A stretch of 28,226 nt of DNA from a bacterium (GCA_036339875.1 JAYZAC010000060.1:1-28226); one strand, 5' to 3'; shown: positions 10,589 through 21,359, counted from the first letter of the stretch. Translations and numbers: made by a program. The notes: a model not told the origin generated them from the letters alone.

Positions 10589-12049
10589 ATGTTATTCAAT
10601 AGCTACGAATTTATTTTCTTATTTTTACCCTTCACCTTCGTAATATATTTTTATCTCAATAAAAAGCGTCTGACCAAAATATCACAAGGCTTCTTAGTCT
10701 CCTCTTCCCTATTTTTCTACGCCTGGTGGAAGCCTATCTACCTTCCTTTAATACTAATTTCGATGCTTTTCAACTATGGAATTGGAACTACACTTACGAA
10801 GTATAAAAATCAGTCAAATGCATCAAAAAAACGCTTACTTACAATCGGCGTTATTGGTAACTTGGGATTACTAGCGTACTTTAAATATTCAGACTTTTTA
10901 ATTTCGAACTTCAATTTCGTTTTAAGTCTAAATGTCCAATTATTGAATCTAGCACTTCCATTGGCAATATCATTTTTCACATTTCAGCAGATTGCCTATC
11001 TAGTAGATTCGTACCGAGGCGAAACCAACGAATACGATTTTCTAAACTATGGTGTATTCGTAACTTTCTTTCCTCAGCTAATTGCAGGCCCAATAGTTCA
11101 TCACAGAGAAATGATGCCACAGTTTGCAAATATTAAAAACAAAGTTATTAATTTCCAAAATTTGGCAGTTGGATTATTCGTTTTTTCAATTGGATTATTT
11201 AAGAAAGTTATCATCGCCGATACATTTTCTTTGTGGGCCACAAATGGCTTTGATAATGCAAAAGTATTAACATTTATTGAAGCATGGGTAACATCATTAT
11301 CTTACACTTTTCAATTATATTTTGACTTCAGTGGATATACGGATATGGCAATCGGAACAGCCCTACTTTTTAATATTAAACTTCCTATCAATTTCAACTC
11401 TCCATACAAAGCCACCAATATTCAAGACTTTTGGAGAAGATGGCACATTACTCTAAGCCGGTTCCTCAGAGATTATGTTTATATCCCGTTAGGCGGTAAC
11501 AGAAAAGGTAATTACAGAACCTACAACAATCTCATGGCTACATTTGTTATAGGCGGTATTTGGCACGGAGCTGGTTGGACATTTATATTTTGGGGATTCC
11601 TACATGGATTAGCTTTAGTTATTCAACGTTTTTGGAATCAATTAGGCTGCAAGTTAAATACAATCTTTGGATGGATTATAACTTTCAACTTTGTAAATAT
11701 TGCTTGGATATTTTTTAGAGCTACAGAATGGGGAGATGCAATTAAAGTATTAAAAGGGATGTTTGGACTTAGTGGGATTACGTTACCTCCAGCGCTATCA
11801 AAACATTTAGCATATCTGAACCAGTACGGCATAGAGTTTACTTTGTCGGGTTCAAATATTGGCTTAAAAACATATACCCCGTTACTTATCTTGGTGGGTC
11901 TCATTTTAGTCATAGCATTTAAGAACAGCATGGAGCATAAGGATAATTTTAAAAGCTCTACGATTAATTTCATATTAACCATTTTATTATTTCTGATTTC
12001 CGTTGGAGGAATTAGTGAATTTTCTGAATTCCTATATTTCAATTTTTAA
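10589..12049 (+). CDS. MBOAT family O-acyltransferase (AlgI/PatA/DltB-like)
   Basis: LPLAISFFTFQQIAYLVD, FFPQLIAGPIV, YFDFSGYTDMAIG, NFNSPY, FWRRWHITLS, catalytic GIWHGA and C-terminal EFLYFNF. Confidence 0.95.
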   Translation: MLFNSYEFIFLFLPFTFVIYFYLNKKRLTKISQGFLVSSSLFFYAWWKPIYLPLILISMLFNYGIGTTLTKYKNQSNASKKRLLTIGVIGNLGLLAYFKYSDFLISNFNFVLSLNVQLLNLALPLAISFFTFQQIAYLVDSYRGETNEYDFLNYGVFVTFFPQLIAGPIVHHREMMPQFANIKNKVINFQNLAVGLFVFSIGLFKKVIIADTFSLWATNGFDNAKVLTFIEAWVTSLSYTFQLYFDFSGYTDMAIGTALLFNIKLPINFNSPYKATNIQDFWRRWHITLSRFLRDYVYIPLGGNRKGNYRTYNNLMATFVIGGIWHGAGWTFIFWGFLHGLALVIQRFWNQLGCKLNTIFGWIITFNFVNIAWIFFRATEWGDAIKVLKGMFGLSGITLPPALSKHLAYLNQYGIEFTLSGSNIGLKTYTPLLILVGLILVIAFKNSMEHKDNFKSSTINFILTILLFLISVGGISEFSEFLYFNF

Positions 12050-12971
12050 CCCTAAAATCAAATCTAAGACTTTTGTGATTTTATTTGTCTTAACTACTGC
12101 GATTCTTCTATTCGCAGCGTTTTTTTTTAACAGACTTGATCTTGAAATCACACTCAATGACTGTATAAAAAACTATCAGTTAAGCAAAATTGACTCTAAT
12201 GAATTCAGCAAAATCGACACCTTGATTGTTGGAGACTCTTCAGGTGGAAATAGCATTAACAAAAAGTATTTCAATGAGTTGAGTGGAATGACAAGCGAAA
12301 ACTTATGCTTGACTGCAAGCTTTGGCATTGTTGGCAGCTTGGGAATTATTAAAAAAGCTTTTAAGGAAAATTCTAAAATTAAAAATGTCATTATCATTCA
12401 TGCTATCGATATATGGCGGAGACCTTTTCCTAAAGAGTCTATTTTAGAGTTATTCTCAATTGAGGAAAAATTTAAGTACCTTTATCACTCATCCATTATC
12501 AACTACTATCTAAATCTTAAAGAAATTCTTTGGAATCTCAAATATCTACTGGGAATTAGCAATCCATACTGGGAACTAGATATTAAAAACGATTATATAA
12601 AGCAAAATAAGAGTAAATATTCCAATGGTAAAAAATTTAAAGCAGGAACCAACCTCAACTGGATTAAACTATCAGATGATAAAAGGCGTGAGCTTAAAAT
12701 GCTAGAAAGTTACTGCTCCAAAAATTCGATTAATTGTATATTTTTGACGGGTCCACTTCATTCTGAAATGTACGAAAATTCAACTGAATTACTCGAATAT
12801 AAAGCCAGGGTAATTGATCCTTTATTTTCTAAAATCAAAATTTATCCCCAACACGTCTTCCAATACGAAAATCATAAGATGGGAGATAGCTCAGATCATA
12901 TCGATGTTAAACACAAGAATGAATCAACAAGGGATTATTTCGATCAAATAAAAGCTGACCTCATTTACTGA
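12015..12971 (+). CDS. SGNH-like extracytoplasmic acyltransferase partner of the MBOAT (AlgJ/PatB/DltD-like)
   Basis: Probable GTG start at 12015 after GGAGGA (12005-12010), overlapping the MBOAT 3' end. Single N-terminal TM, IVGDSS (block I Ser) and C-terminal DSSDH (DxxH). Confidence 0.7.
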   Translation: MNFLNSYISIFNPKIKSKTFVILFVLTTAILLFAAFFFNRLDLEITLNDCIKNYQLSKIDSNEFSKIDTLIVGDSSGGNSINKKYFNELSGMTSENLCLTASFGIVGSLGIIKKAFKENSKIKNVIIIHAIDIWRRPFPKESILELFSIEEKFKYLYHSSIINYYLNLKEILWNLKYLLGISNPYWELDIKNDYIKQNKSKYSNGKKFKAGTNLNWIKLSDDKRRELKMLESYCSKNSINCIFLTGPLHSEMYENSTELLEYKARVIDPLFSKIKIYPQHVFQYENHKMGDSSDHIDVKHKNESTRDYFDQIKADLIY

Positions 12972-13050
12972 TATTATTAGATATTTATTAATTCAATTAG
13001 ATAAGACAGAACGCCCAATGAACCTATTAGTGATAAATAGGGCTTCTAAT

Positions 13051-13081
13051 ATTCTAAAACTCACTAAATTGAATAAAAAAA
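13051..13081 (+). repeat. Right copy of imperfect 31-bp direct repeat, abutting the groEL terminator
   Basis: ATTCTAAAACTCACTAAATTGAATAAAAAAA matches 10271-10301 at 25/31. Confidence 0.45.
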
Positions 13082-13104
13082 CCGCGGCACCTAAGTACCG
13101 CGGT
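13075..13104 (-). terminator. Rho-independent terminator of groES-groEL
   Basis: Minus strand: ACCGCGGTAC-TTAG-GTGCCGCGGT followed by a T-tract, about 30 nt after the groEL stop. Confidence 0.88.
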
Positions 13105-13134
13105 AAAAATATTTAGGGTTCTATTGAACCGGAA

Positions 13135-14772
<1,638 letters not shown>

Positions 14773-14809
14773 TCATTCTCCTTCGTTTAATTCAGTTGAA
14801 ATTGGATGC

Positions 14810-15100
14810 TTAGTTAACAGCCAAAATGTCGTCTTCACGTACGATCAGATATTTTTCCTCGTTTAGGCTAATTTCGGTTCCGGCATATTCGGAATAAATC
14901 ACGTTGTCGCCAACTTTTACCTCTAGAGAAACTTTCTGACCGTCAACAGTCTTTCCGCTTCCGACAGCTACAACCACCCCAGTGATTGGCTTGTCTTTTG
15001 ATGCTGTGGATGGGAGATACAAACCTGATGCAGTTTTTTCATCAGCTTTCTTAGGTTGAATTACAACTCGATCTCCAAGTGGTTTCAGATTAATGCTCAT
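14810..15100 (-). CDS. groS: Co-chaperonin GroES
   Basis: [25 protein letters not shown] and [11 protein letters not shown] motifs; AAGGAGG RBS. Confidence 0.98.
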   Translation of the reverse strand: MSINLKPLGDRVVIQPKKADEKTASGLYLPSTASKDKPITGVVVAVGSGKTVDGQKVSLEVKVGDNVIYSEYAGTEISLNEEKYLIVREDDILAVN

Positions 15101-15475
15101 TATGCATGCCTCCTTAATTCTGAAAAATTGAACTGATGCCTCTCACCAGCTCATAGATACGCAGTTTTATTTAACTTTCTCTGTAAAGAAAAAAGCAGGC
15201 CAATGAAAAATTAGACTTTTATTTTCAATTTGAAACGTGAAAATCGCTAGAGATCATATTAAATAAAGCTATGATTTTAAACAACTCGATTACTCTCTAG
15301 TATTCTATAACTAACCCAGTTATCATGCATTGTGACGTCATTCCCAAGGGGTTATAAATTAAAGTTTTGGAAGAGACTATTTCAGCCTCACTACAATTAA
15401 TTAATCCGTAAAACTAGTATATTTTGGAAGAAAAAGTTTAAGTTCATAACGGTTTCATTTTGAAACTAGTCAATT

Positions 15476-16078
15476 ATGTCTAACGCAAAGATCATTTTAG
15501 TTACCATAATCCATTTTCTTATTTGTATTGCAGGGTTACTGGCTATTCAAGAGATTTCAACTAGTATTAATCAGCTACCTCAAGCATTTCATTGGCTTTG
15601 GCTATTTATTTGTGCACTACTAATGCCAACCTATTTAGAGATTAGTAAAGGGCAACTCGAGTGGCAATCAAAACATTGGATTATTCTAATAACTATTATC
15701 TTAATGATCCCCATATTACAAGTACCATCAAATGAATTATGGCATCTATCTTCAACATTAGTATTTCTACTAAATCAATTATTAGGGCCAGCTATCTGTG
15801 AAGAATTATATTTTAGAGCCAGATTTCAACAATTAACAAGTCAATGGAAGGGCCCCATAAGTCTGGTACTATTTAACGGAATTATATTTTCAAGTGCACA
15901 TATAATCACCAGAGGATTCGCACTCCTACCTTGTCTGACTTTTTTTCCTGGAGTACTACTTTGGATTATTTACAGCAAAAATAATAATTTATGCACAGTA
16001 ATACTGTTACATTGGCTGTTCAACGCTAGTTTTTATGCAGTTTTCTATCGTTTAGAGATAATTTTGCCACTTTTTTAG
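15476..16078 (+). CDS. CPBP family glutamic-type intramembrane protease (Abi/CAAX type II)
   Basis: Multi-TM protein with EELYFR (EExxxR), FSSAH (FxxxH) and LLHWLFN (HxxxN) motifs. Confidence 0.85.
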   Translation: MSNAKIILVTIIHFLICIAGLLAIQEISTSINQLPQAFHWLWLFICALLMPTYLEISKGQLEWQSKHWIILITIILMIPILQVPSNELWHLSSTLVFLLNQLLGPAICEELYFRARFQQLTSQWKGPISLVLFNGIIFSSAHIITRGFALLPCLTFFPGVLLWIIYSKNNNLCTVILLHWLFNASFYAVFYRLEIILPLF

Positions 16079-16087
16079 AAAAGATTC

Positions 16088-16116
16088 TTGTTTAACGGGA
16101 TTTGAAGTGCTACATT
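16088..16116 (+). promoter_or_regulatory. Putative sigma70 promoter for hup
   Basis: TTGTTT-N17-TACATT with an extended -10 TG (TGCTACATT), about 95 bp upstream of the HU start. Confidence 0.4.
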
Positions 16117-16212
16117 GACCCCAAAATTTTTGCTAACACGCATCACTAAAGGGCTTTCGAGCGTTATTAGTACAAAATAGATGCGATTTCAATTAAATTT
16201 GAAGGAGATGTC

Positions 16213-16488
16213 ATGAACAAAAACGAATTGACCAAGCGTATCGCTGAAACTACTCCACTGAACCAAAAAGAAGCTGCTGGTGCAATTGATGCTTTTATCG
16301 ATATCGTAAAAGATCAACTTGCCAGTGGTGAGAAAGTTCAGCTAGTAGGATTCGGTAGCTGGGAAGTAAAAGAGCGAGCAGCTCGCACAGGTGTTAACCC
16401 TCAAACTGGACAGAAGATTGAAATTAGTGCCACTAAATTGCCTAAGTTCACTCCTGGAAAAGCTTTGAAGGATGTTGTAAACGTATAA
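16213..16488 (+). CDS. hup: Histone-like DNA-binding protein HU
   Basis: MNKNEL..., GEKVQLVGFGSW, RAARTGVNPQTG and PKFTPGKALKD; GAAGGAG RBS. Confidence 0.96.
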   Translation: MNKNELTKRIAETTPLNQKEAAGAIDAFIDIVKDQLASGEKVQLVGFGSWEVKERAARTGVNPQTGQKIEISATKLPKFTPGKALKDVVNV

Positions 16489-16503
16489 TTTACAAAACAT
16501 TTG

Positions 16504-16532
16504 AAAATGCCCGAGGTAACTCGGGCTTTTTT
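16504..16532. terminator. Bidirectional Rho-independent terminator between hup and the radical-SAM operon
   Basis: AAAAT-GCCCGAG-GTAA-CTCGGGC-TTTTTT, with A/T tracts on both sides; abuts the stop codon at 16531-16533. Confidence 0.85.
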
Positions 16533-17730
16533 AGTTTAAACCGAGAAAATTTTGCCACTGTTTTCTTGTTCGAAGTCTTCCACCCCATGATTCAATTAAC
16601 GCCGCAATTATTAAATCAGGAGCGACTTCTTGATTAAGATGATTCATTAATTCGGAAGCAACATGGTCTTCTTCTTGTCTCATCTCTGAAAGAATTCCTG
16701 ATATCCGAGAAAAGCAAACCTCAAGGTCAAGCCAAGCTGAGTTTTTGAATTTATTCACAGTCATTAAACAACTACAAAATACCGCTAACTGATATTGACT
16801 CCGAAATTTATTAATCCAAGATTCAATCAATCCTGTATTCAAACTTTCGCCTTGTAATCTTGATAACCACCAATCCTGCGTCTCATTGATAATTCCTGCA
16901 AATACTTTATTATCAGTAAAAGCTAACGTATCCATATCCGTCTGAGAAGAAATACATACGTAGAAAATAGCTTTACAGGTGCTTAACTGCGCCTCTGGAA
17001 AACACTGAATGAAATTCTGTTCAATTATCTTTTGATTCTGTTCAAACCACCTTATTCCACTCAATGACTTTGATAGTAAATCATCACAAATACTTGGTAG
17101 ACAATTGAAGTATTGCAAATCATCAATTACAGATCCTACGCGATAATCTACAATCCATTCACTTAAAAGAAGATTTAAGGCCTCTGAATCGGCAGGTATT
17201 TGAGGCATCAACTCCGAACCTAAAATCTGACTAGGCACTTTTTGTTTACACAAACACAACCGCAGAAGGTCCATTAAGTCTTCAGATTCCTTCTCAATCT
17301 CTCCGTAGCAACTTAGATTAAAAGAACCTTGATTCTCAGAATTGTCGATTTCTTCGCCTAATCTCAGCGAATATAATGTATGTTGAAATCCAAATGGTCT
17401 CTTAGTTAAGAAAACTTCAAGACTATCAAGATTTCTGAAATGCTCAATTTGGATACACAATTCATAGTTAACAATTTTATACACAAATGTGGACTCAGAG
17501 ACTTCATTTAGCTCTCCGATTAATTCAATATCGTAACCTTCAATAGCTCTTTTTAACTGATCTAACGATCCACAAAAACTAATTTTGAGATCTCTTGGAG
17601 GCAGATTATTAATAAAAAAACTATGAAAGTTTAATCCCCTTAAAAAACAGTCTAGGGTCCTAAATCGTGGCAAAGATTGATAAAAAAACTCAACAAATTC
17701 ATCTAACGATATTTTTTTATTTTGCTGCAT
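16531..17730 (-). CDS. Hypothetical protein, probable degenerate CCA-adding enzyme/poly(A) polymerase (class II nucleotidyltransferase) homologue
   Basis: Coupled by TGATG overlap to the upstream rSAM gene. Motif ghosts appear in the expected order: FLRG..FHSFFINNLPPRDLKI (cf. GGxVRDxLLGxxPxDxD), IEHFR, LEVFLTKRPFGF (cf. EDLxRRDFTIN), DLMDLLR (cf. DPLRxLR) and C-terminal GRLRTRKQWQNFL. The CDS is well supported; the family call is tentative. Confidence 0.5.
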   Translation of the reverse strand: MQQNKKISLDEFVEFFYQSLPRFRTLDCFLRGLNFHSFFINNLPPRDLKISFCGSLDQLKRAIEGYDIELIGELNEVSESTFVYKIVNYELCIQIEHFRNLDSLEVFLTKRPFGFQHTLYSLRLGEEIDNSENQGSFNLSCYGEIEKESEDLMDLLRLCLCKQKVPSQILGSELMPQIPADSEALNLLLSEWIVDYRVGSVIDDLQYFNCLPSICDDLLSKSLSGIRWFEQNQKIIEQNFIQCFPEAQLSTCKAIFYVCISSQTDMDTLAFTDNKVFAGIINETQDWWLSRLQGESLNTGLIESWINKFRSQYQLAVFCSCLMTVNKFKNSAWLDLEVCFSRISGILSEMRQEEDHVASELMNHLNQEVAPDLIIAALIESWGGRLRTRKQWQNFLGLN

Positions 17731-18875
17731 CAGTTATCACCATAATCATGGTTTTTCAACTGATTTATTTCCTCTTCGGATAACGAATTTAGTCTCTCCT
17801 GAATTTGTCGATTATGCATCAAATTGTCGCACATTTGATAACAGTTCATTTTCTTGAAATAAGGATGACTTTTCTTTTCATGTAGCGCTAAATTTCTAAA
17901 TTCATTGTAACTGTTGGAATGCCATGCAGATTTAAACGAGGATTGATGAATATTTCCCATAGGATAATCAACTCCACGACAGCATGGTGCCACATCACCA
18001 GAAGCCGTGATTCTTGCAAAATGCCAACCCATATAACAAGGAATTTCATCAACACTTGCTTCGTCATATTGAATTGTATCAGATACTTTCAACCGTGCTT
18101 CGAATCCATTTAGATTATCCCAAATTATTTCAGGATTGTGCATGTAGAAGCGCGCCTTGAGTTGCTCAACCTGTTCTAAAGCTTTGTTTTTCTGATCAGA
18201 ACTTAATAGTAAGCTTTTCGTATCCGGCATAGCGTCTACTAAGGTAAAGTAAACTGACTTAGCTCCTAAATTACGACCCAGATCACCCATCTTGGCAATC
18301 TCATGATAATTATGACAGTTAATGACATTAAGAAGATGTAAAGAGGGAGAAAAACTTCCGGATCTCAAACGCTTAATAGATTCTAGAATTCTGTAAAACT
18401 CACCATTCTTGGCCTTTGGATGCACCCTTAAATAGCTAGCTTCGGATGCTGCCCAAATACTCAATGCTATCTCATCCACTCTCGTTTCCTTCAAGAGATC
18501 TACCCATTTATCGAGGATAATGCCATTACTTGTAATTGCTAACCATATATTATGGCGTTTGACAGCTTTGACAGCTCTCTCAAATTGCCTGTAGAGTAAG
18601 GGCTCGCCACCACCCGTGAAACGAATTCTTTTGACTCCTTTATGTGCTAAATCCGCAATCATTGATTCAAAAGCTTCAATCTCGATTTCTTCTTTATACC
18701 ATGCCTTCTCAGGCTTATTTTCTGAGGCCAACATCGGCGAATAGGTCCAACAGGCTATACAATTTGTATTACAGCGATTCGTTAAATCAATTACTACATG
18801 CCTCGGCCCCTCAAAAACCTTTTTCTGAAGAATACCTGCTAAATCCCTATTATCAATGTAAAAGCGTGAATCCAT
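17730..18875 (-). CDS. Radical SAM protein with SPASM/twitch auxiliary domain
   Basis: CNTNCIAC, FTGGGEPL, TSNG; C-terminal C-x17-CC...CYQMC. Confidence 0.92.
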   Translation of the reverse strand: MDSRFYIDNRDLAGILQKKVFEGPRHVVIDLTNRCNTNCIACWTYSPMLASENKPEKAWYKEEIEIEAFESMIADLAHKGVKRIRFTGGGEPLLYRQFERAVKAVKRHNIWLAITSNGIILDKWVDLLKETRVDEIALSIWAASEASYLRVHPKAKNGEFYRILESIKRLRSGSFSPSLHLLNVINCHNYHEIAKMGDLGRNLGAKSVYFTLVDAMPDTKSLLLSSDQKNKALEQVEQLKARFYMHNPEIIWDNLNGFEARLKVSDTIQYDEASVDEIPCYMGWHFARITASGDVAPCCRGVDYPMGNIHQSSFKSAWHSNSYNEFRNLALHEKKSHPYFKKMNCYQMCDNLMHNRQIQERLNSLSEEEINQLKNHDYGDN

Positions 18876-21359
18876 TTACAACTTTTGATTCGTTAAATTC
18901 AGATATGCTCTATATGAGTGTAAAAAACCCTGCTCTACAGGATTCAACTCTTCCAGACGCTTATGCATATGCTGGTTACGTGCAATATCATCACAACTCT
19001 TATAGCAACCACAACTAACGTCAGCATCATTACCAATCAAAGAAAAGAAAGCGTCTTTCTTCTCATAAACTTGAGTCTTTTTACGGAAATACTTTTGTCT
19101 GTTGGAAGACCATATATCCTTAAAGGATTGATGATATATATTACCGATTGGAATTCTATGAGACTTTAGGCATGAGTTTACATCTCCGTCGGGCATAATT
19201 CGGGCAAAGATATGACCAATGTAGCAAGGGAACGACTCGATTATATTTTTATCATGTTCTCCAAGATTAGAATCCGATGAAGATAAGCGACGCATGAAAC
19301 GTTCGAACCCAAATAAAAGAACCTTATCCTTATATCGATTTCCACGTGCCTCACTCCAAACCTTCTCGCACTGATCAAAAAGCCAAGACCGTTCATCCTC
19401 TGAAAGTAAAAGCTGATCTGTTTTACCAGGTATAGTATCAACCAAAGTAAACTCTACACTTTCACAATTTGTATCCACACAGAAATCTAACATATTGTAA
19501 AAGTCTCGATAATTTAAACGAGAAATCACATGATAAACCTTACAATATGGACGATCGGTCTTGATTGAATTCATATAGGCAATACCCTTTTTAACCTTAT
19601 GAAAATCTTTTGGACCCTTATTGGGGTGGGTGCGGGAGTATGCTTCTGGAGTACCCGCCCACATACTTAGAGTAAAATGATCAATCCCAAGGTCCAAAAT
19701 TCGCTTAATCTTCTCTTCAGTGCACATTCTTACAAAGTTAGTATTTACATAAAGAGTCATATTTAAGTCTTTTATTGTCTGCCATACATCAAAAATTTGA
19801 GGATGCATAGTGGGGTCTCCTCCACCAGCCATGTAAATTTCCTTAGTACCAATCGCAGCCATATCCTTCAATGAACGCTGAATTACATCTACCGGTATTG
19901 TATCTCTCTTAGATGCTGGATCGATCAGTAAATCCTCTAACATTGGAGAATTAGACCAGCAAGCAACACAATCATTATTACACAAGTTAGTAACATCAAG
20001 CTGAACCAACTGTGGCCCAATGAATGAGTCCGTCTTTGACTTAATCCCCGCCATGCGCTTGTAGTCGTCTAATGTACTGATTAATTTAGTAGTCGGGGTA
20101 TCTTCAAAGCTTACCGACTTAGACTTGGCAAAGAAGAACTTTTTGAGATTTTCGGCCTTCAAAAATACGAAACGCTGAGCCAGCTTTTTTTTTTGACCTA
20201 TCCCCAAGTGATAGGCTTTTATTAGATTTTCCGCTGTGACCGTCCAGTTAAAGCGCTCCAAAGACCTTTGCCTAGCATTATGCTGCAACTCCTCCTTTAG
20301 ATCACCATCACGAAGAATTCGTAAAACTCCACTTGCTAAAGCTCTCGGATCACCAGGTCTTACTAGTAAACCAGCTTTTCCATTGTCTAGCATCTCGCTA
20401 ACTTCACCGACTTCAGAGGCCACTATCGCTCTGCCTGCAGCCATATACTCACAAATTTTGAGCGGCGATTTAGTACGAACTTGAGGAGTATCTTCAAATG
20501 CAGCAACACAAACATCACTTGCCTTTAAGAAATAAGGTACTTTGTCGTGCGGTACAGATCCTGTAAATATGACATCATCTTGCAATCCAAGTTCCTCAGC
20601 TTCTTGCATCAGATTTAAAAAGTTTGAACCATTACCAACTACAAAGAATGTTGCCAGCAAGCCCTCACTCTTGAGTATCTTAGCCATCTGTAAAAATAAA
20701 GAACAATATTGAGCTCCATGTAGTTGACCTAGATACGTGATAACTGGATTTCTTAAATCATATTGACTTTCGATAATCGACGTATCCAAATTTTCTGTCT
20801 CAAAACGCTGCGGATCGCCCCCGACAGGTGCTTCAAAAACATGTGTGTGGCTTTTACCCATTTTCAACGCTTTCTCCCAAAGAGATTTAGAGGCCACACT
20901 CACAGTGTCTACCAAATAGGGTATTGAACGCTCAATACGAGCAATATAGTGATACCAGTAATCGTCATTCGGACTAGAGTTTCTAAATATTTCAGCCTCC
21001 CAATCATCCCAATCATAATGAACAGGAGTACCAGTAATAGCTCCCGCTAATATTGATGGAATTGAAACATACGCAAAGCACTTCTGGAAATGAATTACAT
21101 CTGCCCAAGCTGCCAGTTCAATCATTCGCTTAGTTTTCATAATGAGAGTTCCCGCATGTCTGATCATGGGAATCGTCTTAAATGAGAACTCTTGCCTTCT
21201 CTTTTCGATATCCGGTTCCGCATGAGGGTTCTCTAGGTGATAAACCACACGCACTTCGTGTCCCATCTTAGTTAACTCATTAGCTAAATAAGTTATGCGC
21301 ACCGTCCATGGCTCTACAGGGCTATAAATATCGTGAGGATGTACCATTAATATGTTCAT
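18876..21359 (-). CDS. GT4 (GT-B) glycosyltransferase fused to a radical SAM/SPASM-twitch domain
   Basis: N-terminal half MNILMV..., FTGSVPHDKV, KSPLKICEYMAAGRAIVAS, GLLVRPGD, RFNW is GT4-like. C-terminal half has CNNDCVAC, AGGGDPT, NTNF and C-x17-C...CGCYKSC. Confidence 0.92.
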   Translation of the reverse strand: MNILMVHPHDIYSPVEPWTVRITYLANELTKMGHEVRVVYHLENPHAEPDIEKRRQEFSFKTIPMIRHAGTLIMKTKRMIELAAWADVIHFQKCFAYVSIPSILAGAITGTPVHYDWDDWEAEIFRNSSPNDDYWYHYIARIERSIPYLVDTVSVASKSLWEKALKMGKSHTHVFEAPVGGDPQRFETENLDTSIIESQYDLRNPVITYLGQLHGAQYCSLFLQMAKILKSEGLLATFFVVGNGSNFLNLMQEAEELGLQDDVIFTGSVPHDKVPYFLKASDVCVAAFEDTPQVRTKSPLKICEYMAAGRAIVASEVGEVSEMLDNGKAGLLVRPGDPRALASGVLRILRDGDLKEELQHNARQRSLERFNWTVTAENLIKAYHLGIGQKKKLAQRFVFLKAENLKKFFFAKSKSVSFEDTPTTKLISTLDDYKRMAGIKSKTDSFIGPQLVQLDVTNLCNNDCVACWSNSPMLEDLLIDPASKRDTIPVDVIQRSLKDMAAIGTKEIYMAGGGDPTMHPQIFDVWQTIKDLNMTLYVNTNFVRMCTEEKIKRILDLGIDHFTLSMWAGTPEAYSRTHPNKGPKDFHKVKKGIAYMNSIKTDRPYCKVYHVISRLNYRDFYNMLDFCVDTNCESVEFTLVDTIPGKTDQLLLSEDERSWLFDQCEKVWSEARGNRYKDKVLLFGFERFMRRLSSSDSNLGEHDKNIIESFPCYIGHIFARIMPDGDVNSCLKSHRIPIGNIYHQSFKDIWSSNRQKYFRKKTQVYEKKDAFFSLIGNDADVSCGCYKSCDDIARNQHMHKRLEELNPVEQGFLHSYRAYLNLTNQKL
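20185..20194 (-). repeat. A10 homopolymer containing an in-frame A_AAA_AAG slippery heptamer at the GT4/rSAM junction
   Basis: Minus strand reads GGT CAA AAA AAA AAG CTG. It is the longest homopolymer I found in the window, and lies around codon 389-392, just after the GT4 domain. Confidence 0.7.

Noticed and set aside
15187..15203. Possible sigma54 site upstream of groES (minus strand TTGGCCTGCTTTTTTCT)
   Set aside because: The -24 element is plausible but the -12 reads TTTC instead of TTGC; too weak to call.
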